Shown: positions 27,244 through 39,200 of the stretch, in pieces
Numbering within the stretch: position 1 is the first letter of the stretch
Layout of the letters: the number at the start of each line of letters is the position of its first letter
Origin: Bacteroidaceae bacterium
GTDB taxonomy: Bacteria > Verrucomicrobiota > Lentisphaeria > Oligosphaerales > Oligosphaeraceae
Length of the DNA: 64,000 bases
Direction of reading: 5' to 3'
Assembly (NCBI GenBank): GCA_963621575.1
Contig: CAVFEH010000009.1
Location: 1,307 to 65,306, forward strand
Notes under the pieces: model-generated
What the model was told of the DNA's origin: nothing
The model's input: the letters and a program-made list of their open reading frames with translations, nothing else
Database searches by the model: none
Program-made: the position numbers and the translations under genes

Positions 27244-27849
27244 TCAGGCGAAGAAGGGATCCAGCTTCTCTGTGGCGATGGTGGTCTTGGGGCCGTGTCC
27301 GGGGAGGACCAGGGTCTTGCCGGGCAGGGCGAAGAGGACCCGTGTCACGGAATGCTGCAGGGCGCGCTCGGAGCCGCCGGGGAAATCGGTGCGGCCCACG
27401 GAACCGGCAAAGAGGGTGTCGCCGGTCAGGACGCATCCCTCCTCCGGGAAGTAGTATGAGGTGCCGCCGGGGGTATGGCCTGGGGTGGAAAGCATCTGGT
27501 AGCCGAATTCGGGGGCGGGGGCGTCGGTGGGCTCGGGAAGCCCCGTCACAGCGGGATGCCAGGGCATCATGCAGTTGTCGGGGGAATGGTAGAGGGGCAG
27601 GTCCGCCTTGGGGCACCACACCGGAAGCGGGAGCTCCCGCACCAGCGCGGGGATGGCGCCGATGTGGTCGAAGTGTGCGTGGGTCAGGAGAATGCCCAGG
27701 GGTGTCAGGGACTCCTTCTTCAAGAACGCCAGGATGTCCTCCGGCTGGTCGCCCGGGTCAAAGAGGAGCGCACGGCGGCTGGATTCCTCCCAGACGACAT
27801 GGCAGTTCTCGCGAAGGGGGCCGACGGGGATGGTGTGGAATTTTTTCAT
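27244..27849 (-). CDS. MBL-fold metallo-hydrolase (GloB-like)
   Basis: [14 protein letters not shown] contains HxHxDH. There is also HTPGGTSYY and a C-terminal LPGHGP. 201 aa. Confidence 0.8.
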   Translation of the reverse strand: MKKFHTIPVGPLRENCHVVWEESSRRALLFDPGDQPEDILAFLKKESLTPLGILLTHAHFDHIGAIPALVRELPLPVWCPKADLPLYHSPDNCMMPWHPAVTGLPEPTDAPAPEFGYQMLSTPGHTPGGTSYYFPEEGCVLTGDTLFAGSVGRTDFPGGSERALQHSVTRVLFALPGKTLVLPGHGPKTTIATEKLDPFFA

Positions 27850-28925
27850 GGGCGGACGGAAGGGGTGGAATCCCCCAGACGGCGGACAATCTCCGCTGCG
27901 ACGGCGTCAATGGAGATCTCCTTGCAGCAGAGATGGTTGTCGCCACGGGGGCATTCCCGGTGGAAACAGGGCGCCTGGGGGCAGCGGGACTGCACCACGA
28001 AGTGCCGACCCGCAGGGCCGTAGGGGCCGGTGAGGACAGGGTTTGTGGAGCCGAAGTTGGCGACGCAGGGCACGGCCTCCAGGGCGGCGATGTGCATGGG
28101 GCCGCTGTCGTTGGTGAAGAGGACCCTGGAGGCCTTCAGCAGCGCGCAGAGGGCCCCCATGGAGGTGCGTCCCGCCAGGGAGACAACGGGGACTTCGCCG
28201 CAGAGGGCCTGCACGCGCCCTGCGCGGGGGGCTTCGCCGGGGGAGCCCAGCAGCCAGATCCCCGCGTCGGGACGCAGGCGGTGGACCTCCTTCAGGACGT
28301 CGGCGAAGAAGTCCTCAGGCCAGGACTTGCTGTCCCAGCGGGAGGCGCATCCCACGGCCACCAGGGGGCGCCCCGAGAGACCGCTTTTCTCCAGAAGCGC
28401 GTCGGCGGCGGTTTTCCATTCTTCGGGGAACGCGATGGGGAGGTCTGCGTAGGAGCCCTCGGCGGTGGAAAAACCCTGGTCCTTTAAAAAGCGCCTCACC
28501 AGCAGGAGGTTTTTCTCCACGGCGTGGACGGGGCCGGCGGGCACCTCCACCACCCGGTTGTAGAAGAGCCGCGCGCCCTCCCGCGCATCGGAGAATCCAT
28601 AGCGGAGGGGCGATTTTGCGGCGTGGGAGATGAGGGCGCTGCGCAGCAGTCCCTGGAAGTCCAGGACGGCGTCGAATTCGATGGCCCGGAGCTGTCTCAG
28701 AAAGTCCCGGAGGGCCTTCCAGGAGCAGCGTCCCAGGGCCTTCCGGGGGAAGGGGATGGCGTGGAGTCCGGGGCAGAGCCCCACCAGGTCGCAGAGGGAG
28801 TCGTTGGCCACCCACCGGATCTCCGCTTGCGGGAGCTGTCCGCGCAGTTGCTGTACGGCGAAGAGTGCGTGGATGATGTCTCCCAGGCTGCTGGGCTTGA
28901 CGATCAGGAGTTTCACAGGGAACAA
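27846..28925 (-). CDS. Family 9 glycosyltransferase (LPS heptosyltransferase-like)
   Basis: KLLIVKPSSLGDIIHALFAVQQLR is the typical GT9 N-terminus. The C-terminal NDSGPMHIAAL motif is present. The stop overlaps the start of the next gene (ATGA). Confidence 0.83.
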   Translation of the reverse strand: MFPVKLLIVKPSSLGDIIHALFAVQQLRGQLPQAEIRWVANDSLCDLVGLCPGLHAIPFPRKALGRCSWKALRDFLRQLRAIEFDAVLDFQGLLRSALISHAAKSPLRYGFSDAREGARLFYNRVVEVPAGPVHAVEKNLLLVRRFLKDQGFSTAEGSYADLPIAFPEEWKTAADALLEKSGLSGRPLVAVGCASRWDSKSWPEDFFADVLKEVHRLRPDAGIWLLGSPGEAPRAGRVQALCGEVPVVSLAGRTSMGALCALLKASRVLFTNDSGPMHIAALEAVPCVANFGSTNPVLTGPYGPAGRHFVVQSRCPQAPCFHRECPRGDNHLCCKEISIDAVAAEIVRRLGDSTPSVRP

Positions 28926-28973
28926 AAGGGAGGGTTTCCGCCGGCGGACGCGTCGGTTGCGGATTGCGGGCGT

Positions 28974-29732
28974 CTATTCGCCCAGCGCCAGACGGGAGGC
29001 GCAGCGCTCGGGGAGTCCGGCGGCCAGGATCTTCCGCTGGGTGTCGGAGAGGAGGTACTGCACCCGCCGGTGGAAGAAAGTCTTGCCCCGGGTGTCATAG
29101 ATGCCGTAGGAGGCCAGGGGGATGCCGTCCCGCGGCTGTCCCACGCTGCCCACGTTGATCACGTATTGTGCGTCGCCGGCAATGGGGATCTCTTCGGGCA
29201 GGCGTCCGCCGTGGAGCGTCTCGTCCCTGCGTGCGAAGAGGAAGGGGATGTGCGTGTGCCCCACGAAGCAGAGGCGCTCCCGGCGCATTTCCCGAAGGCA
29301 TTCCAGCACCGCGGGGATGTTGACCAGGTAGGGCCAGGATTCGGCGCTGGCCATGGAGGCGTGGGCGATCCAAAAGGGGTCCGCGCCCTCTTTCTCCGGA
29401 ATCCGGATCTTCTGGGTCATGGGAAGACCCGCGAGGTAGGAGCGGGAGGAGTCGTCCAGGTGCCTCTGCGTCCATAGCGCGGATTCCCGCGCGATGGGAT
29501 TGAAGCGCTCCGGGGAGATCTGGCAGGCCGCCACATAGTCGTGGTTGCCCTGGACCGCCCCCAGGCATGGAAGCGCCCGCATGCGATTCACGCACTCCTG
29601 CGGGTCCGCATTGTAGCCCACGAAGTCGCCAAGGCAGACAAAGTGCGTGACGCCCCGGTTTCCGGCGTCGTTCAACACCGCGTCCAGGGCTTCCAGGTTG
29701 CCGTGGATGTCGCTGAGGATTCCGATTCTCAT
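28974..29732 (-). CDS. Metallophosphoesterase-family protein
   Basis: MRIGILSDIHGNLEALDAVL..., FVCLGDFVGY, GNHD and GHTH are the calcineurin-like phosphoesterase motifs. Confidence 0.85.
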   Translation of the reverse strand: MRIGILSDIHGNLEALDAVLNDAGNRGVTHFVCLGDFVGYNADPQECVNRMRALPCLGAVQGNHDYVAACQISPERFNPIARESALWTQRHLDDSSRSYLAGLPMTQKIRIPEKEGADPFWIAHASMASAESWPYLVNIPAVLECLREMRRERLCFVGHTHIPFLFARRDETLHGGRLPEEIPIAGDAQYVINVGSVGQPRDGIPLASYGIYDTRGKTFFHRRVQYLLSDTQRKILAAGLPERCASRLALGE

Positions 29733-30070
29733 GCGGGGGCCGGGGGAAGGATTCGGGTTCTCCCTGTTGCACGAAGATGGGGCGCGAAAAAAAGCGCCCC
29801 ACGCCGCGTCAGGCAGGGGGATGGGAGAATTTGGTTACTATAATTCAATGGGGAGAAAGGGGTGTGGCCGCGGAAATGGACAATGCGTGGGGGGATGGCG
29901 CCGCCGTCAGGCGGAAGAGCGTAGGCGGGGGATGGGTGGCCCCGTCTGTTCTCTTCGGTGTTTTGCCGGGCATTATATTCTCTCTTCTTCCGGTTTCTTG
30001 CCGTCTGGCGGGCAGTTGAATCCCCTTTGTTCATATCTCTTTATCCTCTTTCCTTCCAGGGAGTAACAAG

Positions 30071-33000
30071 ATGAGTACCGTATTTCGCGCGTTTGTGGAG
30101 AAGCGTCCCGGTTTTGACGTGGAGGCGCAGAACCTCCTGTCCGACCTTCGGGAGACCCTGGGGGTGAAGGGGTTGTCGGGCCTTCGCCTTTTCAAGCGCT
30201 ACGATCTTTCCGGATTGACGGAGGAGGAGTTCCTGGCGGCGCGGGAGTCCGTGCTTTCCGAACCCAACTGCGACGATGTCCATGTGGATGTGCATCCCGA
30301 GTTCCCCGGCGCCACGTGGTTCGCGGTGGAGTATCTGCCCGGACAGTATGACGTGCGCGCGGACTCCGCGGCGCAGTGCATCCAGTTGCTGACCCAGCGG
30401 GAACGCCCCCTGGTGCGCACCGCCACCCTCTACGCACTCTTTGGCGATTTGACCGGGGAGGAGCTCCGCCGGGTGAAGAAATACATCATCAACCCCGTGG
30501 AGAGCCGCGAGGCGGTCATGGGGGTGAAGCCCGACACCCTGGAGATGACGGTGGCCATGCCGGAGGATGTCCGGACCATGTCCGGCTTTCTGACGCTCTC
30601 GCGGAAGGAAATCGGGGACCTTGTCCGCTCCCTGGGGCTGGCCATGAGCGTCCAGGATCTGGCTTTTGTCCAGGAGTATTTCCGGGACCAGGAGAAGCGC
30701 GAGCCCACTTTCACCGAGATCAAGGTCATTGACACCTATTGGTCCGACCATTGCCGCCACACCACTTTCCACACCAGCCTGGACAAGGTGGAGTTCCCCG
30801 CGGAGTCCGAGACGCTGGCGCGCCCCATCCAGGAGGCCTTCCGGCAGTATCTGGAGATCCGGAAGGGCCTGGGGCGTGAGGGCAAGACGCTGTGCCTCAT
30901 GGACGCCGGCACCATCGGCGCCCGTGAACTGAAGCGCCAGGGAAAGCTGGAGGACTTGGATGCCTCCGAGGAGATCAACGCCTGTTCCATCGAGGTGGAG
31001 GCGGAGATTGACGGCAGGAAGGAACCCTGGCTGGTGATGTTCAAGAACGAGACCCACAACCATCCCACCGAGATCGAGCCCTTCGGTGGCGCGGCCACCT
31101 GCCTGGGCGGCGCCATCCGCGATCCCCTCTCCGGACGTTCCTATGTTTACCAGGCCATGCGCATCACCGGCGCCGGGGATCCCCGCACTCCCGTGGAGCA
31201 GACCCTCCCCGGAAAGCTCCCCCAGCGGAAGATCACCCGCACGGCCGCCGCAGGATACTCCTCCTACGGCAACCAGATTGGCCTGGCCGCCGGAAAGGTC
31301 CAGGAATACTACCATCCCGGATTCGTGGCCAAGCGCCTGGAGCTGGGCGCCGTCATCGCCGCCGCCCCCAAGGCGAACGTGGTCCGCATGGCGCCGGAAG
31401 CCGGCGATGTGATTTTGCTGATTGGCGGCAAGACGGGGCGTGACGGCTGTGGCGGCGCCACCGGGTCTTCCAAGGCCCACACCGAGGAGTCCCTGCAGAC
31501 TTGCGGCGCCGAGGTGCAGAAGGGCAACCCCCTCACCGAGCGGAACATCCAGCGGCTCTTCCGCCGCGGCGAGTTCTCCCGTCTGGTGAAGCGCTGCAAT
31601 GATTTCGGCGCAGGCGGCGTCTCCGTGGCCATCGGCGAGCTGGCACCCGGCCTGAAGATCGACCTGGACGCAGTGCCCAAGAAGTACGAGGGACTGGACG
31701 GCACCGAGCTGGCCATCTCCGAATCTCAGGAGCGCATGGCGGTTGTGGTTGCCCCCGGGGATGTCGAAAAAGCCCTGGAGCTCTCCTTCCAGGAGAATCT
31801 GGAGGCCACCCCCGTGGCCGTGGTCACCGAGGCGCCCCGTCTGGAGATGAGCTGGCGCGGCAAGCGCATAGTCGATCTCTCCCGCGCCTTCCTGGACACC
31901 AACGGCGTGACCCAGCACATCGAGGTGAAGGTCCAGGCTCCCAAGGCCGGGGAGAATCCTTTCCAGCCCCCGAAGGTCGATGATCTGCTCCCCCGCTGGA
32001 TGGATGCCATTCAGGACCTGAATGTCTGCTCCCAGAAGGGCTTGGTGGAACGTTTCGATGGAACGATCGGCGCGGGCACCATCTTGGAGCCCTACGGTGG
32101 CAAGACCCGCCTGACCCCCAACGAGGCCATGGCCGCGAAACTGCCCACGGAGGGCAAGACCGAGTGCTGCACTCTCATGAGCCACGGATACGACCCCTGT
32201 CTGTGCTCCTGGAGCCCCTTCCACGGCGCCATCTATTCCGTGGTCGAGGCGCTGGCAAAGCTGGCCGCCGCCGGCGGCGACGCCCTGAAGGCGCGGCTCT
32301 CCTTCCAGGAATACTTCGAGCACCTGGGCGACGCCCCCGAGAAATGGGGAAAGCCCCTGGCTGCCGTACTGGGCGGGCTCCGCGCACAGCTGGAATTCGG
32401 CACCGCCGCCATTGGCGGAAAGGACTCCATGTCCGGCACCTTCGAGCATCTCACCGTGCCGCCCTCCCTCGTTTGCTTCGCCGTGGTTGCCGGGGACGCC
32501 CGGAATGTGGTGAGCCCCGAGTTCAAGGGCGCGGGACACCTGGTCTCCCTCCTGCCCGTCGTCCGTCTGGCCGACGGCACCCCCGACTTCGAGGCTCTCC
32601 GCAGGAATTTCACCGCTCTGCGGGACTTCATCCGCGAGGGGAAGATCCTGGCGGCCCAGACCGTGGGCCGCGGCGGCGTGGCCGTTGCCCTCACTAAGAT
32701 GTGCTTCGGGAACCTGGTGGGCTTCCGTGGCGACGCCCCCGCCGAGCTGGGACGCCTCTTTGTGCCGGAGTACGGCGCCATCCTGGTGGAGAGCACCGGG
32801 GAGTTGCCCGGATATCCCGTCATTGGCAAGACCACGGATGACGCCGCCATCACCATCGGCGACAAGATGCGCTATCCCCTGCATGAGGCCATTCCCGCCT
32901 GGGAACGCCCCCTGGAGAAGATCTTTCCCACCCGGCATCCCGAGGTCCCTGTGGCCACCTGGGAGCCTTGCAGTACCCGTGCAAGCCTCTCCCCCGCCGT

Positions 33001-33814
33001 CAAGTGCGCCCGTCCCAGGGTCCTCATTCCCGTCTTCCCCGGCACCAACTGCGAGGTCGACACCGCCAATGCCTTCGCCATGGCCGGCGCCATCCCCGAG
33101 CGCATCCTGGTGCGGAATCTCTCCGCCGCCTGCATCGAGGAGTCCGTTGACGCCCTGGTGAAGGGCATCCGGAATGCCCAGATCGTGGCCTTCCCCGGAG
33201 GCTTCTCCGGCGGCGACGAACCCGACGGCTCCGGAAAGTTCATCGCCACCACTTTCCGGAATCCCCGCGTCCGCGAGGCCATGGAGGAGCTGCTCCAGAA
33301 CCGAGATGGACTGGTGCTGGGAATCTGCAACGGCTTCCAGGCCCTCATCAAGCTGGGGCTGGTTCCCTACGGCGAAATCCTCCCCGCGCTGGACCGCGAC
33401 GCCCCCACTCTGACCTTCAATACCCTGGGGCGCCACGTGGCCACCATGGCCCGTACCGTGGTCGCCTCCGTCAAGTCCCCCTGGTTGCGCCAGGCGCAGG
33501 TGGGCGATGTCCACGAGGTCGCCATTTCCCATGGTGAGGGCCGCTTCCATGCCACCCCCGAACAGGTGGCGCAGCTGGTGGCCAATGGCCAGGTGGCCTT
33601 CCAGTATGCGGATTTGGAGGGGCGCCCCGCCAACGAGATGCCCTGGAACCCCAACGGCTCCGTGGACGCCATCGAGGGCATCACCTCCCCCGACGGACGG
33701 ATCCTGGGCAAGATGGGCCATTCCGAACGTTCCCTGGACGGTCAGCTGGGCAAGAATGTGCCCGGCGTGAAGGACCAGGGAATCTTCCTCAGCGGCGTGG
33801 AATACTTCCTGTAG
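30071..33814 (+). CDS. purL: Phosphoribosylformylglycinamidine synthase, single-chain large form
   Basis: 1247 aa. It has FGAM synthase AIR-synthase-like repeats (NETHNHPTEIEPFGGAATCLGG) and a C-terminal glutaminase domain (GICNGFQAL...HGEGRF). Confidence 0.95.
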   Translation: MSTVFRAFVEKRPGFDVEAQNLLSDLRETLGVKGLSGLRLFKRYDLSGLTEEEFLAARESVLSEPNCDDVHVDVHPEFPGATWFAVEYLPGQYDVRADSAAQCIQLLTQRERPLVRTATLYALFGDLTGEELRRVKKYIINPVESREAVMGVKPDTLEMTVAMPEDVRTMSGFLTLSRKEIGDLVRSLGLAMSVQDLAFVQEYFRDQEKREPTFTEIKVIDTYWSDHCRHTTFHTSLDKVEFPAESETLARPIQEAFRQYLEIRKGLGREGKTLCLMDAGTIGARELKRQGKLEDLDASEEINACSIEVEAEIDGRKEPWLVMFKNETHNHPTEIEPFGGAATCLGGAIRDPLSGRSYVYQAMRITGAGDPRTPVEQTLPGKLPQRKITRTAAAGYSSYGNQIGLAAGKVQEYYHPGFVAKRLELGAVIAAAPKANVVRMAPEAGDVILLIGGKTGRDGCGGATGSSKAHTEESLQTCGAEVQKGNPLTERNIQRLFRRGEFSRLVKRCNDFGAGGVSVAIGELAPGLKIDLDAVPKKYEGLDGTELAISESQERMAVVVAPGDVEKALELSFQENLEATPVAVVTEAPRLEMSWRGKRIVDLSRAFLDTNGVTQHIEVKVQAPKAGENPFQPPKVDDLLPRWMDAIQDLNVCSQKGLVERFDGTIGAGTILEPYGGKTRLTPNEAMAAKLPTEGKTECCTLMSHGYDPCLCSWSPFHGAIYSVVEALAKLAAAGGDALKARLSFQEYFEHLGDAPEKWGKPLAAVLGGLRAQLEFGTAAIGGKDSMSGTFEHLTVPPSLVCFAVVAGDARNVVSPEFKGAGHLVSLLPVVRLADGTPDFEALRRNFTALRDFIREGKILAAQTVGRGGVAVALTKMCFGNLVGFRGDAPAELGRLFVPEYGAILVESTGELPGYPVIGKTTDDAAITIGDKMRYPLHEAIPAWERPLEKIFPTRHPEVPVATWEPCSTRASLSPAVKCARPRVLIPVFPGTNCEVDTANAFAMAGAIPERILVRNLSAACIEESVDALVKGIRNAQIVAFPGGFSGGDEPDGSGKFIATTFRNPRVREAMEELLQNRDGLVLGICNGFQALIKLGLVPYGEILPALDRDAPTLTFNTLGRHVATMARTVVASVKSPWLRQAQVGDVHEVAISHGEGRFHATPEQVAQLVANGQVAFQYADLEGRPANEMPWNPNGSVDAIEGITSPDGRILGKMGHSERSLDGQLGKNVPGVKDQGIFLSGVEYFL

Positions 33815-33816
33815 TC

Positions 33817-34605
33817 GTGGGAGCCCCCGTGGAGTTCTGGGACGCACATCTGCATACGGCCGTGGAACTCCCCCGCTGGCGTGCCGCCGGTTTCGCTGGC
33901 GGCGTCCTCTGCGCCACCGGTCATTCCGGGTGGGCCGGGGTTTTGGAAGAGTGCGCGGCCTCGGATGGGGTGTTGTGTCCCGCCCTGGGAGTGCATCCCT
34001 GGCATGTCCCCTCTGATTTTCCGCAGGAGAGGTGCCTTGCGGAACTCGCCGCTCTCCTGAAGGCGAATCCCGGCTGCATGCTGGGGGAAATCGGCCTGGA
34101 TGGCGCCCCCGGACATCCGCCCCCGGAGATCCAGGTTCCCTGGTTTTCCGGGCAGCTGGACTTGGCGGCGCGCTTTCGCCGGCCGGCCGTGCTGCACCTG
34201 GTGCGCTGCTGGCAGGCGTCCATGGACATCCTGGAGAGCCGGCCCGATGTCCCCGTGCTGGTCCACGGCTTCCATGGAAGCTGGCAGGTGGCGCTCCGCC
34301 TTTTGCAACTCCCGCGCCTCCAACTCTCCGTGGGCTTCGACGCCCTGCGTTGCGGCGGGAAGTTCCGGGAGGCGCTGGAGAGGATTCCCCGGGAGCGGCT
34401 GATGGTCGACAGCGATTGGCCCTTCCGGGGGCATTCCCCTGACCAGCTCCCCAGGTTGATTGATTTCCTGGCGCGCCTCCGCGGAGAGGACCCGGAGGAG
34501 CTGGGTGCCGTGCTTGTCGCCAACGCCCGTGCCTTCTTCGCGGTCCATGACCCTGGAATCCCCTTCCCTCCCTCGATGACAGGGAGACAAATCCCCCAAG
34601 CATAA
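33817..34605 (+). CDS. TatD-family metal-dependent hydrolase
   Basis: WDAHLHT (HxH), GVHPWH and GEIGLD are TatD-like motifs. A GTG start lies 3 nt after the purL stop. Confidence 0.68.
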   Translation: MGAPVEFWDAHLHTAVELPRWRAAGFAGGVLCATGHSGWAGVLEECAASDGVLCPALGVHPWHVPSDFPQERCLAELAALLKANPGCMLGEIGLDGAPGHPPPEIQVPWFSGQLDLAARFRRPAVLHLVRCWQASMDILESRPDVPVLVHGFHGSWQVALRLLQLPRLQLSVGFDALRCGGKFREALERIPRERLMVDSDWPFRGHSPDQLPRLIDFLARLRGEDPEELGAVLVANARAFFAVHDPGIPFPPSMTGRQIPQA

Positions 34606-34620
34606 AGAATCGTTCTCCCA

Positions 34621-36246
34621 ATGATGAAGAATCCCTCCACCCCCGCCTGGAACGCCCTCCAGAAGCACTACGAGGAAACCAAGGATACCACCATCGCCCA
34701 GCTCTTTGCACAGGATCCCCGCAGGGCGGAGACCTTCCGGGCCGAGTTCCAGGATATCCTGCTGGACTACTCCAAAAACCGCATTGACCAGAAGGGCATG
34801 GAGCTTCTCTTTGACCTGGCCCGCGAGGCGCGCCTCAAGGAAAATGCGGAGGCCATGTTCACCGGCAAGAAGATCAATGTCACCGAGAATCGCGCCGTGC
34901 TCCACGTGGCCCTGCGGAACCGCTCCAACACCCCCATCTACGTGGATGGCGTGGACGTGATGCCCGAGGTGAACCGCGTGCTGTCGCAGATGTCCGATTT
35001 CTGCCGCCGCGTGCGTTCCGGCGAGTGGCTGGGCTTTACCGGGAAGCCCATCCGCAATGTGGTGAACATCGGCATTGGCGGCAGCGACCTGGGACCCAAG
35101 ATGGCCTGCGAGGCCTTGAAGGCCTTCGGGACTCCGAACCTGAAGATCTTCTTCGTCTCCAATGTGGACGGCTTCCACATCTGCGACACCCTCCGGGGGC
35201 TGGATCCCGCCGAGACCCTCTTCGTCGTGGCCTCCAAGACCTTCACCACACAGGAGACCATGACCAACGCCGGCACCGCCCGGAATTGGATCCTCTCCAG
35301 CTTCGCCTCCAACCAGGCCATCGCACGGCACTTCGTGGCCGTCTCCACCAACGCCGGGGAGGTCTCCCGTTTCGGCATCGACGTGGCCAACATGTTCGCC
35401 TTCTGGAACTGGGTGGGGGGACGGTACTCCCTGTGCTCCGCCATCGGACTGCCCATCATGCTCCAGATCGGCCCCGAGGCCTTCCTGGATATGCTGGAAG
35501 GCCATCACGAGATGGACAACCATTTCCGCACCGCGCCCCTGGAGCAAAACCTGCCCGTCATCCTGGCGCTCCTGGGAGTCTGGTACAACAACTTCTACGG
35601 CGCACAGTCCCACGCCATCCTGCCCTACGACCAGGCCATGCATCGCTTTGCGGCGCATCTGCAGCAGGTCTCCATGGAGTCCAACGGCAAGTCCGTGGAC
35701 AAGGAAGGCCATCCCGTGACCTGGCAGACGGGCCCCGTGATCTGGGGCGAGCCCGGCACCAACAGCCAGCACTCCTTCTTCCAGCTGCTGCACCAGGGGA
35801 CCAAGCTCATTCCCGCCGACTTCATCGGCTTCTGCCGTTCCCAGACGCCCGTGGGCGACCATCACCAGAAGCTGATGGCGAACTTTGTGGCGCAGACCGA
35901 GGCCCTGGCTTTCGGAAAGTCCACCGGGCAGGTCCTCTCCGAGGAGCCCGGACTCTCACCGGAGCTGGCCGCACAGAAGACCTTCCATGGCAACCGACCC
36001 ACCAACACCATTCTGGCGGACCAGCTGAACCCCCGCACTCTGGGACGCCTCATGGCCCTCTACGAGCAGAAGATCTTCACCCAGGGCGTGCTCTGGAACA
36101 TCTACTCCTTTGACCAGTGGGGTGTCCAGCTGGGGAAGGTCCTGGCCAAGCGCATCTTGAAGGACTTCGCGGCCGGAAAGGATGCGCCTCTGGACCACGA
36201 TCCCTCCACGAACCAGCTGATCCAGCGCCTGCGGGAGCGGATGTAG
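34621..36246 (+). CDS. pgi: Glucose-6-phosphate isomerase
   Basis: 541 aa with [24 protein letters not shown] and [19 protein letters not shown], which are the PGI signatures. Confidence 0.95.
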   Translation: MMKNPSTPAWNALQKHYEETKDTTIAQLFAQDPRRAETFRAEFQDILLDYSKNRIDQKGMELLFDLAREARLKENAEAMFTGKKINVTENRAVLHVALRNRSNTPIYVDGVDVMPEVNRVLSQMSDFCRRVRSGEWLGFTGKPIRNVVNIGIGGSDLGPKMACEALKAFGTPNLKIFFVSNVDGFHICDTLRGLDPAETLFVVASKTFTTQETMTNAGTARNWILSSFASNQAIARHFVAVSTNAGEVSRFGIDVANMFAFWNWVGGRYSLCSAIGLPIMLQIGPEAFLDMLEGHHEMDNHFRTAPLEQNLPVILALLGVWYNNFYGAQSHAILPYDQAMHRFAAHLQQVSMESNGKSVDKEGHPVTWQTGPVIWGEPGTNSQHSFFQLLHQGTKLIPADFIGFCRSQTPVGDHHQKLMANFVAQTEALAFGKSTGQVLSEEPGLSPELAAQKTFHGNRPTNTILADQLNPRTLGRLMALYEQKIFTQGVLWNIYSFDQWGVQLGKVLAKRILKDFAAGKDAPLDHDPSTNQLIQRLRERM

Positions 36247-36262
36247 TCCGCCTCTCTCCGCC

Positions 36263-39200
36263 ATGCCGGAACAACACGCGCCAGACGCCTCCCGGGGGAG
36301 GACAGCCCCCTCCGTCACCCGGAGCCTGGTGCGTGTTTTGCGTTTCCAGACCCTTTGGACCATGCTCCGGGGCCTTGTCTGGAACCTTATGGGACTCGGC
36401 CTCCTGGGCTGCGTGCTGGCGGACCGGTTGCGGGAGGACGCGCTGGCCGTTGCGCTGTGTGTCGCCACGGGGGCGTCCGTGTCCTTTTTGGCGTGGCTGG
36501 TGGGGGCGCAGTTCCGTCGGTGGACCCTGGAGCGCTTCTGCCGGGAATTCCGGCGGGAGTTTCCCCAGGACCACGATGGCCTTGACGCCGCCCTGGAACT
36601 GGAGCGGCGGCTGCGCCGGAAGGATCCCGTGACGTCCTTCCAGCGGGAATATCTGGAGGAGCTCCGGGAAAGATATCTCGCCCCAAAGACGGGGCTTCTG
36701 CATCAGCATGTCCGGCTTCGCCGTCGCAAGACGCGACAGTGGCTCCTTCTGCCACTTCTCCTGGTGGCTCTGGCGTTTTTTTGGATGGGACGCGCCTCCT
36801 GGCGGAAAGCCTGCGCCTTCCTGGGGGGGCGCCCCTCGCTGACGCTGGAATTCTCGCCGGGACGGCAGGTGCCGCTGCATCAGGATGTGACCGTGGTCGC
36901 CACCCTGCGCAAGGGCGCCACTCCCCGTGGCGCGGTCCGCCTGGAGTTCCGGGGGCGCAACGGCGGGCCCGTTCATCGGGAGGCCATGAATCCGGCGGGA
37001 GAGGGGCGCTGGAGGCTGACTCTCTACGATCTTCGGGAAAATCTCCGTGTGCGCGCGGAAGACGGCCGGGCTGTCTCCTGGTGGCAATCCCTGGAGGTCT
37101 ATGTGCCTCCCGCCCCCCTGGAAGTCCGCGTCGTCGCCACGCCGCCGGAATACACGCGTCGGGAGATCCGTTTTTTTTCTGGCTTCGAGGATTTGACGGT
37201 GGTGGAAGGCGAGCATCTGCGGGTGCGCTGCACCATGCCTCCCGGCGAGGAGTGGGGACTTCTCCAGGAGGACGGCGAGGGCGTTTGGACGCCTCTTGAA
37301 TCGCCGGAGTTTTTTCCCCCCCGCGATCAGGCACGCTACCGCCCGGTGTATCGCCGCGGCGAGATTGTCCGCCAAGGAGCGCCCTTCGCGGTCCGGGTGA
37401 CCCCCGATTATCCCCCCGTGGTGGAGCGCAAGACACCTCCGCGGGACGGGAAGACCGCCCCCGGAGAAGAACTCTTCCTGCACTGCCTGGCCACGGATGA
37501 CTACGGTCTCGACGAAGTCCGGCTGTGCCTGGCCGTGGACGACCGCCCGGAGACGCGCCGGGCCCTCTGGACGCCCTCGGCGGGCGAGTCCCCCCGGGAA
37601 TGGGAGGGTCGTTCCACCGTGGAGCTTGGGGAATTGACTCCTGGACAGGTGGTGGTGGGGTGGCTGGAGGTCCGGGACAACCGCCACCCGGAGGCGAATG
37701 TCACGCGTGACGAGCCCTTCTTCCTCTCCGTGGAGGAACCATTCCAAGACGACTTTGCCGCGGCCAACGCCTCCGGCGAAGACTCCGGGAAGAAAAACCA
37801 GCGGGTGGATGTGGCGGATCTCTTGGCGGAGTCGAAACGTCTGCTGCGGGACACTCTCATGCTGTCGGGACAGTGGGGGAATTTGCCGCTTTCCGAGGCG
37901 CGACGCCGGCAGGGAGATTTGGAGCGGGATCTGCGCACCCTGTCCGTGGGCGTCCGTGGACGCCAGACGCAGATTGCGGCGGCGGCGGGGGTGGCCGCGC
38001 TGCCCCGTCCCATGGCGGAGGGATTCCAGACGGCCTCCCGGTGCCTGGCCCAGGCGGCGGACCAGGCCCGGGAACAGCTTTTCTCCGATTCCCGGTTGAC
38101 GCAACAACGCGCCCTCGCCGCCCTGAATCGCCTGGCGTGGATGCTGGCGCAGAATACGCGCTCCATGGGCTCCGGCGGCGAAGGCGAACAGAATCAGCAG
38201 GGCTCTTCTTCAGGAACGGAGGCTTCCGGCGGGGAATCCCGGGAGCTTCCCGACAGCCAGCGGGGCGACCGGCAGATGCCGTTGGAGGAGTTGAAGAAAC
38301 TCCTGGAGGCGGTGGAGGAGATGCGGGGCGAACTGCAGGGCCTCTTGCCTGAACTCTCGCGGGATGCGGAACCCATTCTCCGGGAGCAGCAACGGCGTCT
38401 GCAGGAGCTCCTGCCCCGCGCCGCCGCACTGGAGAGCGCGCGAAGCGCCCGGCAGGCCATGTCCGATGCCGCGGAGGAACTCTCCGGGGCGTCACAGGCC
38501 CTCGCCGACGACGCGGTCTCCGAGGGACGCCAGCGTACGGAACGGGCGCTCTCCGCGCTGATCTCCGCCCAGGAGGCCCTGCGGCAGGCCCAGCGGCAGG
38601 AGGCATTCCTCCAAATGGAACGACTGGCCCGTCAGGCGGGAGAACTGTCCGAGAAGCACCAATCCCTCTCCGGGGAGAACCGCCGACGCGCCCAGGATGG
38701 CGCTTCTCCAGAAGAACGCCAGGCTGCCCGGAAGGACCAGGAATCCCTGGAGCGCGAAGTGGAGCGTTTCCGCCGGGAGGCACGGAATAGCGCAGGGAGT
38801 CTGGCGCGCGGGTTGCCGCAGGTGTCCGACGCCATGAACCGCGCCGGTGGCGCCGCCGGCGAGCGGATTCACCGTGCCCAGGACAGGGCGAAGAAGGCGC
38901 TGCTTTACGGACGCTACGATGCCGCCGCGCAGAGCCAGGAGGACGCCTCCCTGGCACTCGGAGAATGGTCCCGGAATTTGGCCCGGGCCCTGGAGGCGCT
39001 CCCGCTGCACGGCGTCCAGGAGCTCTCCGCCGCCTTGGAGGAACTCTCCCGCATGCGGAACGCCCTGATCCGCGCGGGGGAGGGGAGGGACGGTGATACT
39101 GCGGCGGCCCGTCGGCAGGTCGCCGAAGGCCTCGGGCGAATGGGGCGCGTGCTGGGCGTGCCCCGTCTTGTCCGGGAGGGCGAGGCGATTGGCCAGGATT

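Noticed and set aside
29779-29800. The hairpin GGGGCGC-GAAAAAAA-GCGCCCC in the divergent purL / phosphoesterase spacer, considered as a terminator or riboswitch element. Purine and ZTP riboswitches were considered because purL is downstream.
   Set aside because: No U-tract follows the stem on either strand. None of the conserved purine or ZTP (pfl) riboswitch core sequences is present in 29,733-30,070.
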